The position numbers and the translations under genes were made by a program. A stretch of 58,008 bases of DNA, counting the filler, from Sphacelaria rigidula (lineage: Eukaryota): assembly GCA_964200075.2 (NCBI GenBank). It is 7 parts of 7 records of this genome, joined end to end, with 100 filler letters (N's around TTAATTAATTAA, not from the genome) between each part and the next. Parts side by side here need not be neighbours in the genome. Positions count along the whole stretch, not along the records: positions 1 to 8,202 come from CAXNAA020011932.1; positions 8,303 to 16,504 come from CAXNAA020011933.1; positions 16,605 to 24,806 come from CAXNAA020011934.1; 4 more parts are not named here. One strand, 5' to 3'. Of this stretch, positions 1 to 20,070 are shown piece by piece (the stretch's first letter is position 1; every line of letters starts with the position of its first letter). A model generated the notes under the pieces. The model was not told the origin of the DNA. It worked only from the letters and a program-made list of their open reading frames with translations, and ran no database searches.

Positions 1-56
1 ACAGACTCCCACAAAATTTTAAAAAAACTCCCCCCCCTTTCATTTTTTTTTCTTTT

Positions 57-91
<35 letters not shown>

Positions 92-270
92 TTCCGGCGA
101 AAACCTGGCGTGTTGCGTCCTGGCTTTGCAGGGATGCAAGATCGAATATATTATGAGTGCGGCATGCAGAGTCACGAGTACATCCCGCTCAGTTTCTCCT
201 CACCCCTCCCTGTCCGTGTTTCTCCCTTCATTTATCACGACATAACGCCCTGAAAAACATTAACAATCAG

Positions 271-3200
271 AAAAAGGTGTACTACAAGGAAGTAGAAGAA
301 GATGGCGGAGGCGGGGCCAGCAAATCCAAGCGACTGTACTCGCGATTGAGCCTGTTCAGAAGCGCAGACGACGCAGTGGACGGCCGCGGGAGTAATCCCC
401 CCGCGCCTCGCCCAATAACCAAGGGGGCGGTCGTGCAGACCTTCGTGGGGCTTGCCACAGTTCGAAACGTTCGAGCCGAGGATGGAATGTGCGAGGTATG
501 AGGTCTTGAGCGTTCCGTGACCCTTGGACTTCTTAAAGTAAAGTACCAGTGTACGTCCGAGGGCGGGCGTTACGGCTTCCCGTTCACGCATTGTGCGTAC
601 GACTGGAGGGAGCGTGAATCATCTATGTTTTTCATTGCATACTCACTGTTGTACAGGGGTTTATATATACTGAACATAACCTTTATGTTGAGTGCACCCT
701 GAGGTCAGGTGCTGTGTATGTGGATGATCTTTGGATGATAGCTGTACCTATGCACGTGCCGTTGTAGAGATGCTGACTGACTGCGTGGACGCGGTGGAAC
801 GTGTATAGTTTCGACAGATGAAGCAGACGAATATCGTGGTGATACATGAGTGTGACGTTTATTTTTCAAAACAATATTTTGATCGGAATCGGGGGGGGGG
901 GGGGGTTGTCTGCCTTTCTTGTTTATTTTTCATCTCCCTTTCCTCTTCCTTTTCTCTTCCTTTCCTTTTCCTTTCCTTTTCCTGTTTTTGACATCTGTTT
1001 CGTTTTTTTTTGTTTGTTCAGTATGCTCCGTTTATTCATTTTTTTTTTTTTTTTTTCACTTTTCTTTTTCTTTAGCGAGTTTTTTTTTTGCCTTGGACAC
1101 TGGACGTCTGTCTATCTTATGACCCACCACGGCTGGATCCCTCGAGGATTTTTTAATGTGCAACAATCACTCAGGTGCGTCAGAAACCATTCCTACAGTT
1201 ACACGGGCAGATTTCTGAATACCCAACTCTTGTTGGACTCAATGATGAAACTTCTACAATCACAACCAAATTTCACGACACACCAGGTTGCCTTCCAAAA
1301 CTGGACCCTATCCGGGGGTAAGCCCGCGTATGGCGTGCTCCGCCTGGCCTCGGTCACTGTGGACGCCGACGCAACCGCCGCCGCAATCGCCGTCGGCAAG
1401 TCGCCGTCCCTCCTCGGCCGCGCCGGCAAAGCAATATCGTCCGTGTTCAAGCTCAGCGGAGACACAACCCCCTTCAGTGACCGCGTTCCGCCCGCGTCTG
1501 CAAGGCCACCCCCCAAGAGCGCCACTACGCCCGCTGTCGCCACGACGTTCCCTGAACCCCGCGTCGGCGACGTCGTGGACACAATATTCGGCCCCGCGGC
1601 GATTACGGCGGTTCGCGGCGGCCCGCGTTCGGCATCCCCGGTCAAATACAACACCACCCGTGCTGGTAGCGGACCAACACCTACGGCTAGGGTGGCGGCA
1701 GGGATGCCGGTAGCAACTGTGGCGGCGGTAGACGGCGATAGTGCCGCCATTGCCGGGGAGGAGACAGTGCCGGTGGCGGCGGTGGCGACGGTCGGTGGTG
1801 GTGAGAAGGAAGCATCACAACGGAAAAATCAGGATCGGGCTGTTTTGGAGGATGTGGAAGATGGTGTTGATGTTGGCTCGGCACTTGCGGGTGCTAGTTT
1901 ACCGCCGAAGACGGGGGTGGCGAAGGAGGAAGTGTTTTCGCTTGTGGCGCCGCTGCGGTCGCCGCGCGGTAGTGCTGGTGCTGGTGCCGGTGACGCTGGG
2001 TTTGCGGAGTCTTCGGCGTCGTTCTTATCGTCCCCTTCGTCGCCAATCCTGTCGTCGACCACCATCATTTCGAGACGGCCCCCACTGGCAACGCCGCCGT
2101 TGGACAGAAGCGAATCGCGTCGCGGTCGGCGTTCCGGCCCTGCGATCCCTCTCACCGCTGCCGCCGCTGCTGAAGACGCCATGGCAGCGCTGGCATTAGG
2201 GGAATCGTCCACCCCCGTGCATTCGTCGTCGCCCGTTGATGAGCACAGCGCGCCTATTACGGCCGGCGACGATGGCGCTCGACCGAGTACCCTCGCCGCC
2301 GGGGATGCGCGCATGCCTTTTTCCTCACGATTCGCCATACCGATTACGCCGGCCGGCCGCGGAAGCTCCGCCCCGCCGTCTCCCGCCGGCGTGTATTCTT
2401 CGTCTGTCGGGGGTCGCGGCGGAGGCGGCGGCGGCGACGGGCGTGGGGGAAGTCGACGGCCGGGGTCTTCGTGGACCGCGTCTTTTTCTGGAAGACGGTC
2501 ATTGAGCGATGCTGATGCTAGCGATAGTTCAGATGATGACGTCGATGATGGGAAAGATGATGAGATGGGATCTCCAATCGGGATTAAAATTTTAGAGCGC
2601 TTGAAGGAAGCTGAGAAGGACGGCGACGCCATATGCGGCGCCGGGAGCGCTGGTGCTGCCCAGCTTGGGGGCGGGCCAGGCAAGCAAGAGGTTTTGTACG
2701 AGGTGAGGAGGGGGGGACAAGAAAGAAGGCGTGCTTCGAGACTTCTTCGTTGATGGATTTGACGAGATAATAGATAGCCGTGCAACCGGGTGTCCACGGT
2801 AAACGTTGCGAGGCAGGTGTGCTTGCTTCCCACACACCTGCCGAAGGTATTCCATGCCGCCTACCATTGCCATGTCCAACACTTGCGCGGCCGACCCAAA
2901 CACCGGGACCGAGCCGTAAAAGACATCCTCATGTGATCACCCTGTCGTTTGTACGAGAAACAGGTGTCGTTTATGAAGTGGCGACTACGAGACAATCGCC
3001 CGGCGAGAGCGGTCCTCAACCGTAGTAGCGTGTGGACGGAGTGGGATAGACGACCGCAAAGCGGTTTCGTCGGGATCAGGACGGCAAGGAAGCGATCTGC
3101 ATCTACGGGCGGTGATGGGCAAAAGGGCAAGCAGTCTCGACCGTCCTCGTTCTTCGGGTTTATGTCCATGGTTGGGGGGCTCGGAAGCTCGGTGAAGGGG

Positions 3201-5749
3201 ACTACCGTGACCCCCCCTGGCAGTCCTAAGAGGTAGGGAGGCGTTTTTTGGCTCTTTTATGTGTGTGTGTTTTCCCGTCGTATAATATTTTGGGCTGCTT
3301 GGTCACGCAGTGCGTTCTATTATTTTTTTTCACCCGAGATGGTAAGACCGAACCTCCAGGTTCGTTTTATGGTAAATTTTGCTCGACGGCCGTGTCAACG
3401 AATGCTGAATTTTTTGTTCGTAAGTCGGGAATATATCTTCCGGGTATTTCGGTATACGAGATATTTTGGCGGTGAGAAGTCTTGATGATCAAGAAGGTTA
3501 AGGTTGGGTCGTTTTATTGCCTCGAGCGAAAACAGTGTGGAGTATGACCTCCGATTTACCCTGCCGGCACGGTAACGGAGCTACAAATTATCACAACATA
3601 TCGTATGCCAAGATCACCTACTGTATTAACTATTTGGGAACCGTCTTCTTCCGTCCCCGGGCCAGACGCCGCATTATTTCAAGCACTGGAGAAGAAAATA
3701 TGAGAACAGAAAAGACCGACGGCAACTATTTTGACGGCGGAAAGCCACGGATAATCCACCCGTGTATGTCATGCGCGCACCAAAAGTGACACGCCGGTGC
3801 AGTCAGATTAGTTCCAGTGAGGGACGCAACGGGTCAAGATTGTTCAAATTTCCGCGCTCAGCCAAAATCAGCACCTGTGTCCCTGAAGTCTATACAAACA
3901 CAAATCAGTACCACCTGTATATTTTTTATAAATATATACAGAGTTTCGTGCGGCACTGGGGCACATTTTTGTACGGGTCTGAAAAACACGGCTCGGGCTA
4001 ATAGGTTTGCGTGAAAACTGTAAATACTCAACCATATGTCGTTCAAAAAACTGTACAGCACCTTGAAATCCACACTTTTCAATTGCCAGTATCAGAAGGG
4101 CCGGTAGCCTCCTTCTAGTCTACGGTTTGGATGATGACCCAGATTTCCTTTCCACTGCTCGTCATACTGGAGATGTGTTGTTATCCTTCAGAGCGGCATT
4201 TCAGATGATTACTCGGAGGTGATGGTAGCTGGAAAGGATTCAAACGCGCGCGCGCGCGCGCGCACACACACACACACACATTCTTGGAAAAAAATCAACA
4301 TTTTTCATTTACGTGAATCTCGTGTTTTGAGGTAAAATGTAATCTTTTTTGCTACGTGTTGAGAAAATATGGACGTTTTCATCGGGAAGATTGCAAGGGC
4401 GTGTCGGTTACGGTATACCTGATATTGTAATATGTTGAAAAGCCGCACATGACCCGCTTAGGTCAGTCACACTGACTTGCATGGACTTTAGAGAGGGGAA
4501 CAACAGCACCGGGCTGGCTGCTGCTGTGGTCATGGGTTGGATCTCCATTTTTCAAAATCTTTCAATATCGGGTACATCCTACTCGACACGCTCTTGGCAG
4601 ATTTTTTTTCCCGAGTTTTATTGTCAGTGATCACGTATGATGTTGTGATTACACCAGGTGCGGTATTGTGTTGTATTGTGTCGTGCCTCTTTTGCTGTGT
4701 TTTTGGTGACGAATTTTGCGGGAAAAAAAACCCTCCGATTTCAGGCGGATAAATGTACGTCTACAATACGAGTACATGTATTTATTCTACACCAGCAGCC
4801 ATCCACAGCGTTGTTGAAAAATAACATATTTTTTTCTGCGTAGGTACAGCAAAAATCTAATGTATAACCATGCATCATTCATTCTCCACCGGTTATTAAT
4901 TTTATAGTACAATGAAATCCAAACGTTAACACGTTTGCTGTAAAATTTCCATGATCAAGTAGCAGAGTGGGTATCATGAGGCATGTATATATAAATATAT
5001 ATATATATATATATCGTCTGTTTGAACATTTCACCTTCCCACCCCTCATCGCCGCGGCGACTGTCTGAACAAACGGGCGGCGTTCAAAAGCAGATCAAGC
5101 AGAGCTCCGCGCAGTCCCTCGACAAGTCGGGAGCAGCTGCACACCTGTGACTTCCCTGTGGGCTCGTGCGTAAGGGTACACAATCTGGGCATGGCGTTGG
5201 TGGACAAGTTCCGCCCGGAGGACGGGATTTATCAGGTACTGATAGTGGAGCATGACTTTACAATGTTCGTGGGTGAAGAGAGAAGATTGGTCGTCCCTTC
5301 TTTTTTTTTTCTGTTTCGGTCTTTCGTGATGTACTTGCCTTGGTCATTTGACCGTTGACCACGCATCCATTTCGAGGCAGAGAGTGGAGGGCAAGCAGTG
5401 TAGCGAATGATCATGTACATGCAGATATCGATTTCGTGTATTTGTTGTGATCAATGACATCAAACCTACTCTCACACCTGATACAGATATTCGTCCACCC
5501 TTGCTCCCCTCCCTACGCCGCTGCCTCCTCCGTCGTATCCAATCAGGTCTCCCTGTTGTCGTGGGGTATGCGAAACGGCAGGAGAGCTTCCGCGTATCTT
5601 TCTCGCACCGCCATAACGTCGGTAGTTGCTGTTCCCGGGCAGGCCGTCAGGACACGATGGGGCTTGGGCAACGTGGAGCTTGTTCGGGAGGACGGAGTTG
5701 TTGTCATCACTACTACTGCCGCGACCGCCTCTCCCGTCGAACGCTCCAG
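271..5749 (+). CDS. Partial multi-exon gene: uncharacterised protein with at least 4 copies of a ~50-aa beta-rich (SH3/KOW/Tudor-like) module and long disordered Ser/Pro/Ala/Gly linkers
   Basis: Exons read from the sequence: 271-495 (cag|..|gtatga), 1287-2702 (cag|..|gtgagg), 2964-3232 (cag|..|gtaggg, phase 2), 5094-5235 (cag|..|gtactg), 5547-~5749 (cag|..|gttgga, or read-through to the stop at 5786). The phases join into one frame (AG+A=Arg across 3232/5094). Repeated motif: G-x-x-V-x-T-x-x-G-x-x-x-V-x-x-x-R-x-x-D-G-x-x-(E/Q)-V-x-x-x-x-W-x-(L/M). The 5' end and probably the 3' end are missing or unresolved. The fold label is inference. Confidence 0.8.
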
Positions 5750-6200
5750 GTTGGAAAAGAAAGCAACTAGTGACAGAAGAAATTAGTAGACAAGAAGAAG
5801 AACACAATGAAGGAAAAAGGAGAGGAAGGGGGAAAGAGAGATGGAGAGAGAGAAAGACAGAAGGATAAAAAGGGAAAATAATACGGATTTGAGAGAAGGG
5901 AAACGAGGAAGAACAAATACAGGAAAATAAGAGGGATAAAGGAGAAAAAAAATGTTTCCCGGGTTTTTAATGCAGTGTGACGCTTAATATGAAACACGCT
6001 TGAGCCGAGCTCTCTGACGTTATGCATTCAGACTGTGGAAGAGGAACATGTATATTCTTTCATGTGTATTTCCAGATTTGGGGCTCAAGCGGCATTGCGA
6101 AATCAACGTGAACGAGATGTTGCTTGTGTCTCATGTATTCGAATATTTTTCGGAAAGTCCAGATTACGTTTGCCTGTTTCTTGGTTTATGGTGCCTGCCA

Positions 6201-7425
6201 GCTTGGCCAGCCGTGAAACCGAACTGTAGGTTGCAGGCAGTTTGGCAGCTCGATTTTGAGAGATGTACTTTGAAATTTAGTATGGGAAATTGTGAAGAAG
6301 GCATTACAAGCTGGTTCAGATTCAATATCCAAAATGTAGTCCCCGGCTAATGACGAACGCAATACCCAGCCAATATGCACAAATGTGGTATCATACTGAC
6401 CGCAATGGAAAGACGGAAAGGGTGACATAGCCGGATTTTTGTTCAAGGCTATAGCGGTGGCGCTATGAACAGAAATATGTCTCGACCAATCAGCGCCTTT
6501 CAAATTGTTCTGAAATTGAAAGTACGGATTCCAAGCCCAATTTCCACCGAATCTCCACATGGTTCAAATCGTAGTAACCGTCATCAAGTTGAGAATCTAA
6601 CCGGAGAAACGTATTTGAGACCGGTTCCAACGGGGTCGAATTTCGCCCAAAACCGTAATGCTTCAGTGATGTGGAGCTTTGGCGTCGTCTAATTACCACT
6701 CATGATACGTACGAAAGACCCACGGAGCCCAGAGACGATTTCCCTTTTATCTGTCGGAGAAAAGCTCACATCATCCTCAAACTTGGCAGCTCCGTAGGTA
6801 TTGATGCTTCAAATGGAAAAAAAATCTTGGCAAAATTTCAAAGTTTCTCCGCTCTCTACCGGCTTCCGGGGGTCTCAGCATGAAGACCGCAGGAAACCGG
6901 TACAGAATGCCCCAATACAAAAAATGATATTTCATGGTTAGGTGGTATCCCAAGGAACATGTGCACCAATTTTCATTGCTCAACTCGAAAAACTGAATCG
7001 GCTGGGTCTTTTACCGTGAAAACAACCCCCCAAAAGGGCGATTCTGTACTTAAATCAAGAAAATTCAGACTTTTTTCATACTTCAGCGCACGTTTTGGCA
7101 TTTCCTCACGCCATTTTTTCAAGTTAGACCACGAAAATTTGCACACATGTTTTGGAGGGCACCATCTAAAACTCCAAGACCGGGGTTTATTATTTATTTT
7201 TTCGGTGGCTTTTCATCCAAGGTCGCGGTTGACCTGCTTGACCGGGGAGGGAGTCAAATCCCGACTATCTCGACACCAACAAAAAAAAATGGAAAACCCC
7301 GGTCTTCGAGTTTTAGATAGTGCCCTCAAGAACATGTGTGCAAATTTTCGTGGTCTAACTCGAAAAAACGGCGTGAGGAAATCCCGGGGAATGAATTTTG
7401 GGCATTCAATCTGAACCAGCTCGTA
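6201..7425. mobile_element. Degenerate non-autonomous TIR element related to the CGAGCTGGGCCAGCC-ended family
   Basis: Left end GCTTGGCCAGCCG (6201) and right end CCAGCTCGTA (~7416-7425). Contains an internal ~90-bp inverted repeat (~7099-7188 vs ~7293-7382). No coding capacity. Confidence 0.5.
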
Positions 7426-8202
7426 CGTATACAATGTTGAAAAGTGTACTGCGCACAGTAAAGAATCTATCGCCTACTCCAATTTGCGAAATAACCTTGC
7501 TTGCAGCCGGTAACTGCACGCAGTACACTTCAAGACTGCTGTAGAAATTTCCATGGTGTGAAACGCTACAGGCGGTTTTGGCGCATAGCAGCTGTGTTAC
7601 CATACAGCTTCACCCAAGATACAGGCAGCCATTACAGCGGCGGAGGCGTCCTTTCACTCCCGCGTGTGCCACCAAGGGCAAACGCACTCTGAGCTGCAGT
7701 GTGTGTGTGTTGTGCACAACACAACAGCGATAAAACGCCTCGCGAGGAGTAATGTCTCACGTACACGTTGGCCGCAGTACAAGCGTCTGAGTCCACGTTG
7801 TGAAGAACTTCAGAAGACAGCGGGGAATCAATACAGCACGGGGATAGGAAAAGGATGTGACGTTCTGCGGTGTGCTATGTCACCATGCACCCTGCTGCTG
7901 TGCGGTGAGTAGGTAGCACCGCCCAAGGTGTCACTGCTGCGGTTGGTACGCAGTGTCAGAGACAAGGCAGCAAACAGTATATTCCGAGGGCAGGCCGAGT
8001 AGAATTACACCGTATATATATATTTTTTAATACTATTGTACCCAAAGTTTGAGTAAAGTATTTGAGGTCGTACTCAATCTACTCAAAATTGGAGTAGAGC
8101 ATTTTCGGCCATACTCAATCTACCCAAAATTTGAGTAGAGTACAGGCTGGGCCAGCCTAGAGGCTGCATGAAAGTTTGCAGGCGGATGCGCCGGCCACTA
8201 TT

Positions 8203-8302
8203 NNNNNNNNNNNNNNNNNNNNNNNNNNNNNNNNNNNNNNNNNNNNTTAATTAATTAANNNNNNNNNNNNNNNNNNNNNNNNNNNNNNNNNNNNNNNNNN
8301 NN
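8203..8302. other. Artificial contig-joining spacer
   Basis: 44 N + TTAATTAATTAA (stop codons in all six frames) + 44 N. Confidence 0.98.
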
Positions 8303-8406
8303 CCCAACCGAAAAGAGTACGTTTTTACGGGTAAATAAATTAAAAAAAACAAAAAAAAAGTATCCCCCCCCCCCCCCCCCCCCCACTCTGTGTGCTGTCT
8401 TTGCAG

Positions 8407-16392
<7,986 letters not shown>

Positions 16393-16504
16393 GTTGTACC
16401 TCGCACATGGGTCACTCTCGTCTTTTTTATTATTGGAGTAGTTGGAATGGGGGGGGGGGGGGGGGTTTTTTTGGGACAACAAAGAAAAGACGGCGGGCAG
16501 GGGA

Positions 16505-16604
16505 NNNNNNNNNNNNNNNNNNNNNNNNNNNNNNNNNNNNNNNNNNNNTTAATTAATTAANNNNNNNNNNNNNNNNNNNNNNNNNNNNNNNNNNNNNNNN
16601 NNNN
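16505..16604. other. Artificial contig-joining spacer
   Basis: 44 N + TTAATTAATTAA + 44 N. Confidence 0.98.
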
Positions 16605-16849
16605 GGGGCCCCCCCCCAAACAAACCGGGCCGGGGCCCGCCGGGTTCCCTCCGAAGTAGGCGGGGGGGGGGGGGGGTTGGTTATTTAGGTTTTGCATATA
16701 TGTTGTGCCACCTAGTGGCGGTCCCTGGTATATGTGCGGTGACGGGGTGTGCGTTTCATGTCTAGGTTTTGGTGGCTTGTTGTACAGCGTCGTTGCCAGT
16801 CGACGCGAACCCAAGAGTCTAGAGGTGAGAGGGGTGATAATAAAAAAAA

Positions 16850-16965
16850 GGGCTCAAGGGTGTGCCAGACGACCCAACACACTCCCGGTGCGCTTGTATT
16901 TGGGTGAAACCGGTGCCAAGCAGTATGAATGAGTGTTAATTATCGCTAAGAATCGCGTTCGAACA
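16850..16965. repeat. Fragment of a dispersed repeat
   Basis: Matches ~39725-39835 (acacactc..cgtgcgcttgtatttgggt.aaac.g.g.caagca.tatga.tgag.gtta). Confidence 0.65.
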
Positions 16966-17866
16966 ACTTTTGCTGCTTTTGTGGAAAAAATGTCCCCACC
17001 CCCCCACCCCCGCCCCCCATCTTAGGATGACACCTCTATGGATAATGAATCTTACTTTGAATTTAATATAGCTCATGAAAGCACAGCCACTGTCGTGGCC
17101 AAACGGTTGTTCACTATGCACTTGCAACTCTCCGTATCAAATTTCACTACACAACTCTCAAAACTGAGCTGCTCAATTGCCTATAACCCCGTTTCAAGGC
17201 CGGCCCAGCCTGTGCTTGCATCGGTCGACAAACAAACCTCTCGTTCCCTTTCTACAGGCTGATCCCACCAGTTGACCCACAAAAGCATCCCTGGTGCAAA
17301 TAGAACGAACGACATCACAGCGTCAAGAGTGCTACCATGGTAGGGGTGCCCATTTTTTTTCCGGGGTCAGACACACCATGGTGTGAAGTCCTGTCCCAAC
17401 ATGGTGAAAACAATCACGACCCCCTTCGAATGACCGATGACATCCTTTCTTCAAAATTTCGAGTCCTAACCCTCGAGCCTACAGGAAAAAATCCCGATGA
17501 TTTTGTGCAGATTCCCACGAACGCGGGAATCCCGTACAAAATAGATATTTCCTGCAATTATATTCGTTGCAGCCACCTGTTTTGAACGGCAACGAGCCAA
17601 GAGCCGAATCAGCGGAGGTTGTACTGGCCATGACCTGAGCTGCACACCGGCTTGTTCTGAGCGCAATCGGAGAAGAAGCAGCGTATCCTGATATAATTTC
17701 AACCAAACAGCCAAGGACAACAACAACAGGTGTTGCCACCAGGCTGTCGGCGGTGTCTCAGAAATGACGTGGAATGATGAAATTAGCGCATGAGAGAGCA
17801 CGGCGTACCTCAGGTTGGCTATACGGTCGCAGGGGACTTACGCATATTACGTTGAGAGCAATGCTT

Positions 17867-18065
17867 CGGTAGGGGTGCATTTTTTTGCCCAAGATGTTGC
17901 TGGTTCAGGGGCTCCTAACGATTCTAGATGCACGAGAATATGGGTCAGGGCATCCCCGTTTGCAAGTAAATTCCTTCGGGATATCCCTAGCACTTTGGAA
18001 TAGTAATACTGGCGTACTCACATATTTCATAAGTCGTGTTTGGGATGAGATGAAGGGCTCCTAAT
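17867..18065. mobile_element. Partial copy of the GGTAGGGGTGCA-ended MITE family
   Basis: Reverse-complement match to 26921-27115. A further end fragment is at ~37320-37389. Confidence 0.7.
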
Positions 18066-18272
18066 TGATGATGAAAAACGTCCTCGGGTGTTCAAACTCC
18101 GTTGCGATCGGAAATTACACGGTGCTTAATTGGTTTGAAAAAAGACGCTTTCGCTCGGCGCCGTGAAACGTGGTCTCGACGCGATGAAGGTACATTAAGT
18201 CCACAAAAATGTGGGGCATGATCATTTTTCAGGTTGGGGAAAGCAACATTTTGGGGTAAAGACCCATTTATT

Positions 18273-18522
18273 CACACGTCGGACAGATCATGATCCGTCT
18301 GAAAATTACCTATTTTCAGATCATGATCCGGATCATGTGACCCGCCTTTTCCATGTTTGCTCCTCCCAGCGCCGGACGCCGAGCACGCCGAGTAGCGCAA
18401 AGGTTGCGCTTTGTTTGTCTCTTCTGACTCTACGGTCACATGGTTTGTGTTTTCAGACCAAAGGATTCAAGAGTCTTGTTTGATTGGTTGTTCCAGACAG
18501 ACCATGATCTGTCCGACGTGTG
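18273..18522. mobile_element. hAT-like MITE (~250 bp)
   Basis: TIRs CACACGTCGGACAGATCATG / CATGATCTGTCCGACGTGTG. Flanks CATTTATT (18265-18272) and CATTTAAT (18523-18530) form an 8-bp TSD with one mismatch, as expected for hAT. An isolated end occurs at ~37280. Confidence 0.85.
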
Positions 18523-18575
18523 CATTTAATTTATTACAAGAGTGAAGTTCAATATCAAAAATGGTTTCAGGTTAG

Positions 18576-18784
18576 AACAGCCGATCATCTATGTTGAGGA
18601 TGGTGGTTTTCATTGAGGATGAGAACCCGGAGGATTAAAATCTTCCGCATGTTGTTGATAGGTATCAGTAGGTGAAGGAATGGAACCGCATTTCGAAGAT
18701 TTGCTGTGGGTGCGAAGGTTTTAGTTCTCCGGGTTTTCATCCTCAATGAAAAGCTGCATCTTGAATTTCGAATGATCGACTGTT
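18576..18784. repeat. Foldback inverted repeat (~210 bp), MITE-like
   Basis: aacagccgatcat...ttttcattgaggatgagaacccggag pairs with ctccgggttttcatcctcaatgaaaa...atgatcgactgtt. A related arm is at ~42482-42530. Confidence 0.75.
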
Positions 18785-19996
18785 GTAGTATATACTCCGT
18801 ATATAATAGGCTGTTGAAGTATTTCCACTTAATCGTGGGGCGGGAAGGAAGCGGGGAGATTTCGCCTATCTAACGGGCACTATTGACATTCATTAGCTTT
18901 AGAGGCGAGACCAAGGTTGGCGACGACGCTGTCAATCACGCCACTCACTGCTGCCTTACTAACCTGGGCATCCAGATTGCCGTTTATTCCCTCGTTTGTA
19001 ATTTTTTTGCTGTAGCCACAAGGGCAACTTTCCGAAAATTATCAGACGATTTTTTTGTTGATGTTGTTGAAGAAATTGATCAAGAAGAACAGACAGAACC
19101 AAAAAGTCTGGCGGGCTTTGCGAGGTTCGTATATTTGCTTCTGCTCCTTGCCCGCCTTGTCCCCGTGGCCCCGGATGACGGCCACGCTGACACAATATTT
19201 ATATATTCCGATTATTATCGCTAAGACAGGTATCTGGGCCATCAGGGTGCGATGATTCCGGGGTCGATGATTCCGGGAAAACCCCGACGTCGGGCGTCAA
19301 CTCGAGTACCGCGAATAGTTTCGGGGCATTGAGTATTATTGCGGTGCAACGGTAGCAGTGGAATATCGCGGCTTTCGTCGTGGCCACCACCACCGCTGTG
19401 CTTTGCGGCACCGTGGCGGTCGGCACACAAAACTGGATATACTCTGGCATATTTTCTTCCTTGAACCTGTGCATGCATGGTATCCACTCGACCTAGCGCG
19501 CAGAAAAATCACACCGACCGTGGACTGCAACTTCGCAGTCTATTGGTACAGGGTACTTTGGACGGAAACTAAAAAGAGAGGGTAACGTAGCAGCAGCCAG
19601 GGCAAAGCTGGAAGGTAAATGGATGCTTTCCCAGCAGACAGCCACGTTGTTCTTCGTTGGTGGTACTTCAGGTAGCTAAACTCGCTTTCTACCCTGCTGC
19701 TGTCAATCAGAACTCGCTGCACGTCAGTGATCTACAGTAGCTCCAAACTCGGACCTACGGGCCCATAGCACAGCAAAGATATAGACATTTCACTGATATA
19801 TGTCCCACGAGCGATATGTCACAGTTCGTGCCCCTCGCTCTCCTTCGGCGTGCTCGCCCAAGTTACGGCCTATTTGCAGGCGGGATTGTGCTCGAAATAG
19901 GGGGAGCGTGAAGGTCGCAAACGCCTCCAGAGCCAAATCCACTATAATATGAAGCCAGTTTCAAATTTTAGTACGAGTACATACATACAACAACAG

Positions 19997-19998
<2 letters not shown>

Positions 19999-20067
<69 letters not shown>
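19999..20067. repeat. (CA)n microsatellite
   Basis: About 34 perfect CA units. Confidence 0.97.

Positions 20068-20070
<3 letters not shown>

Noticed and set aside
846..1286. Phe-rich N-terminus of the 635-aa ORF as a membrane domain
   Set aside because: It is a T-rich intron read in frame. The real exon starts at the cag acceptor at 1287.
1829..2833. 334-aa minus-strand ORF
   Set aside because: It is the antisense shadow of a GC-rich exon whose plus-strand splice sites and motifs are coherent.
8247..8258. TTAATTAATTAA palindrome recurring every ~8.3 kb as a biological periodic signal
   Set aside because: It is always centred in exactly 88 N and gives stops in all six frames. It is a synthetic linker.
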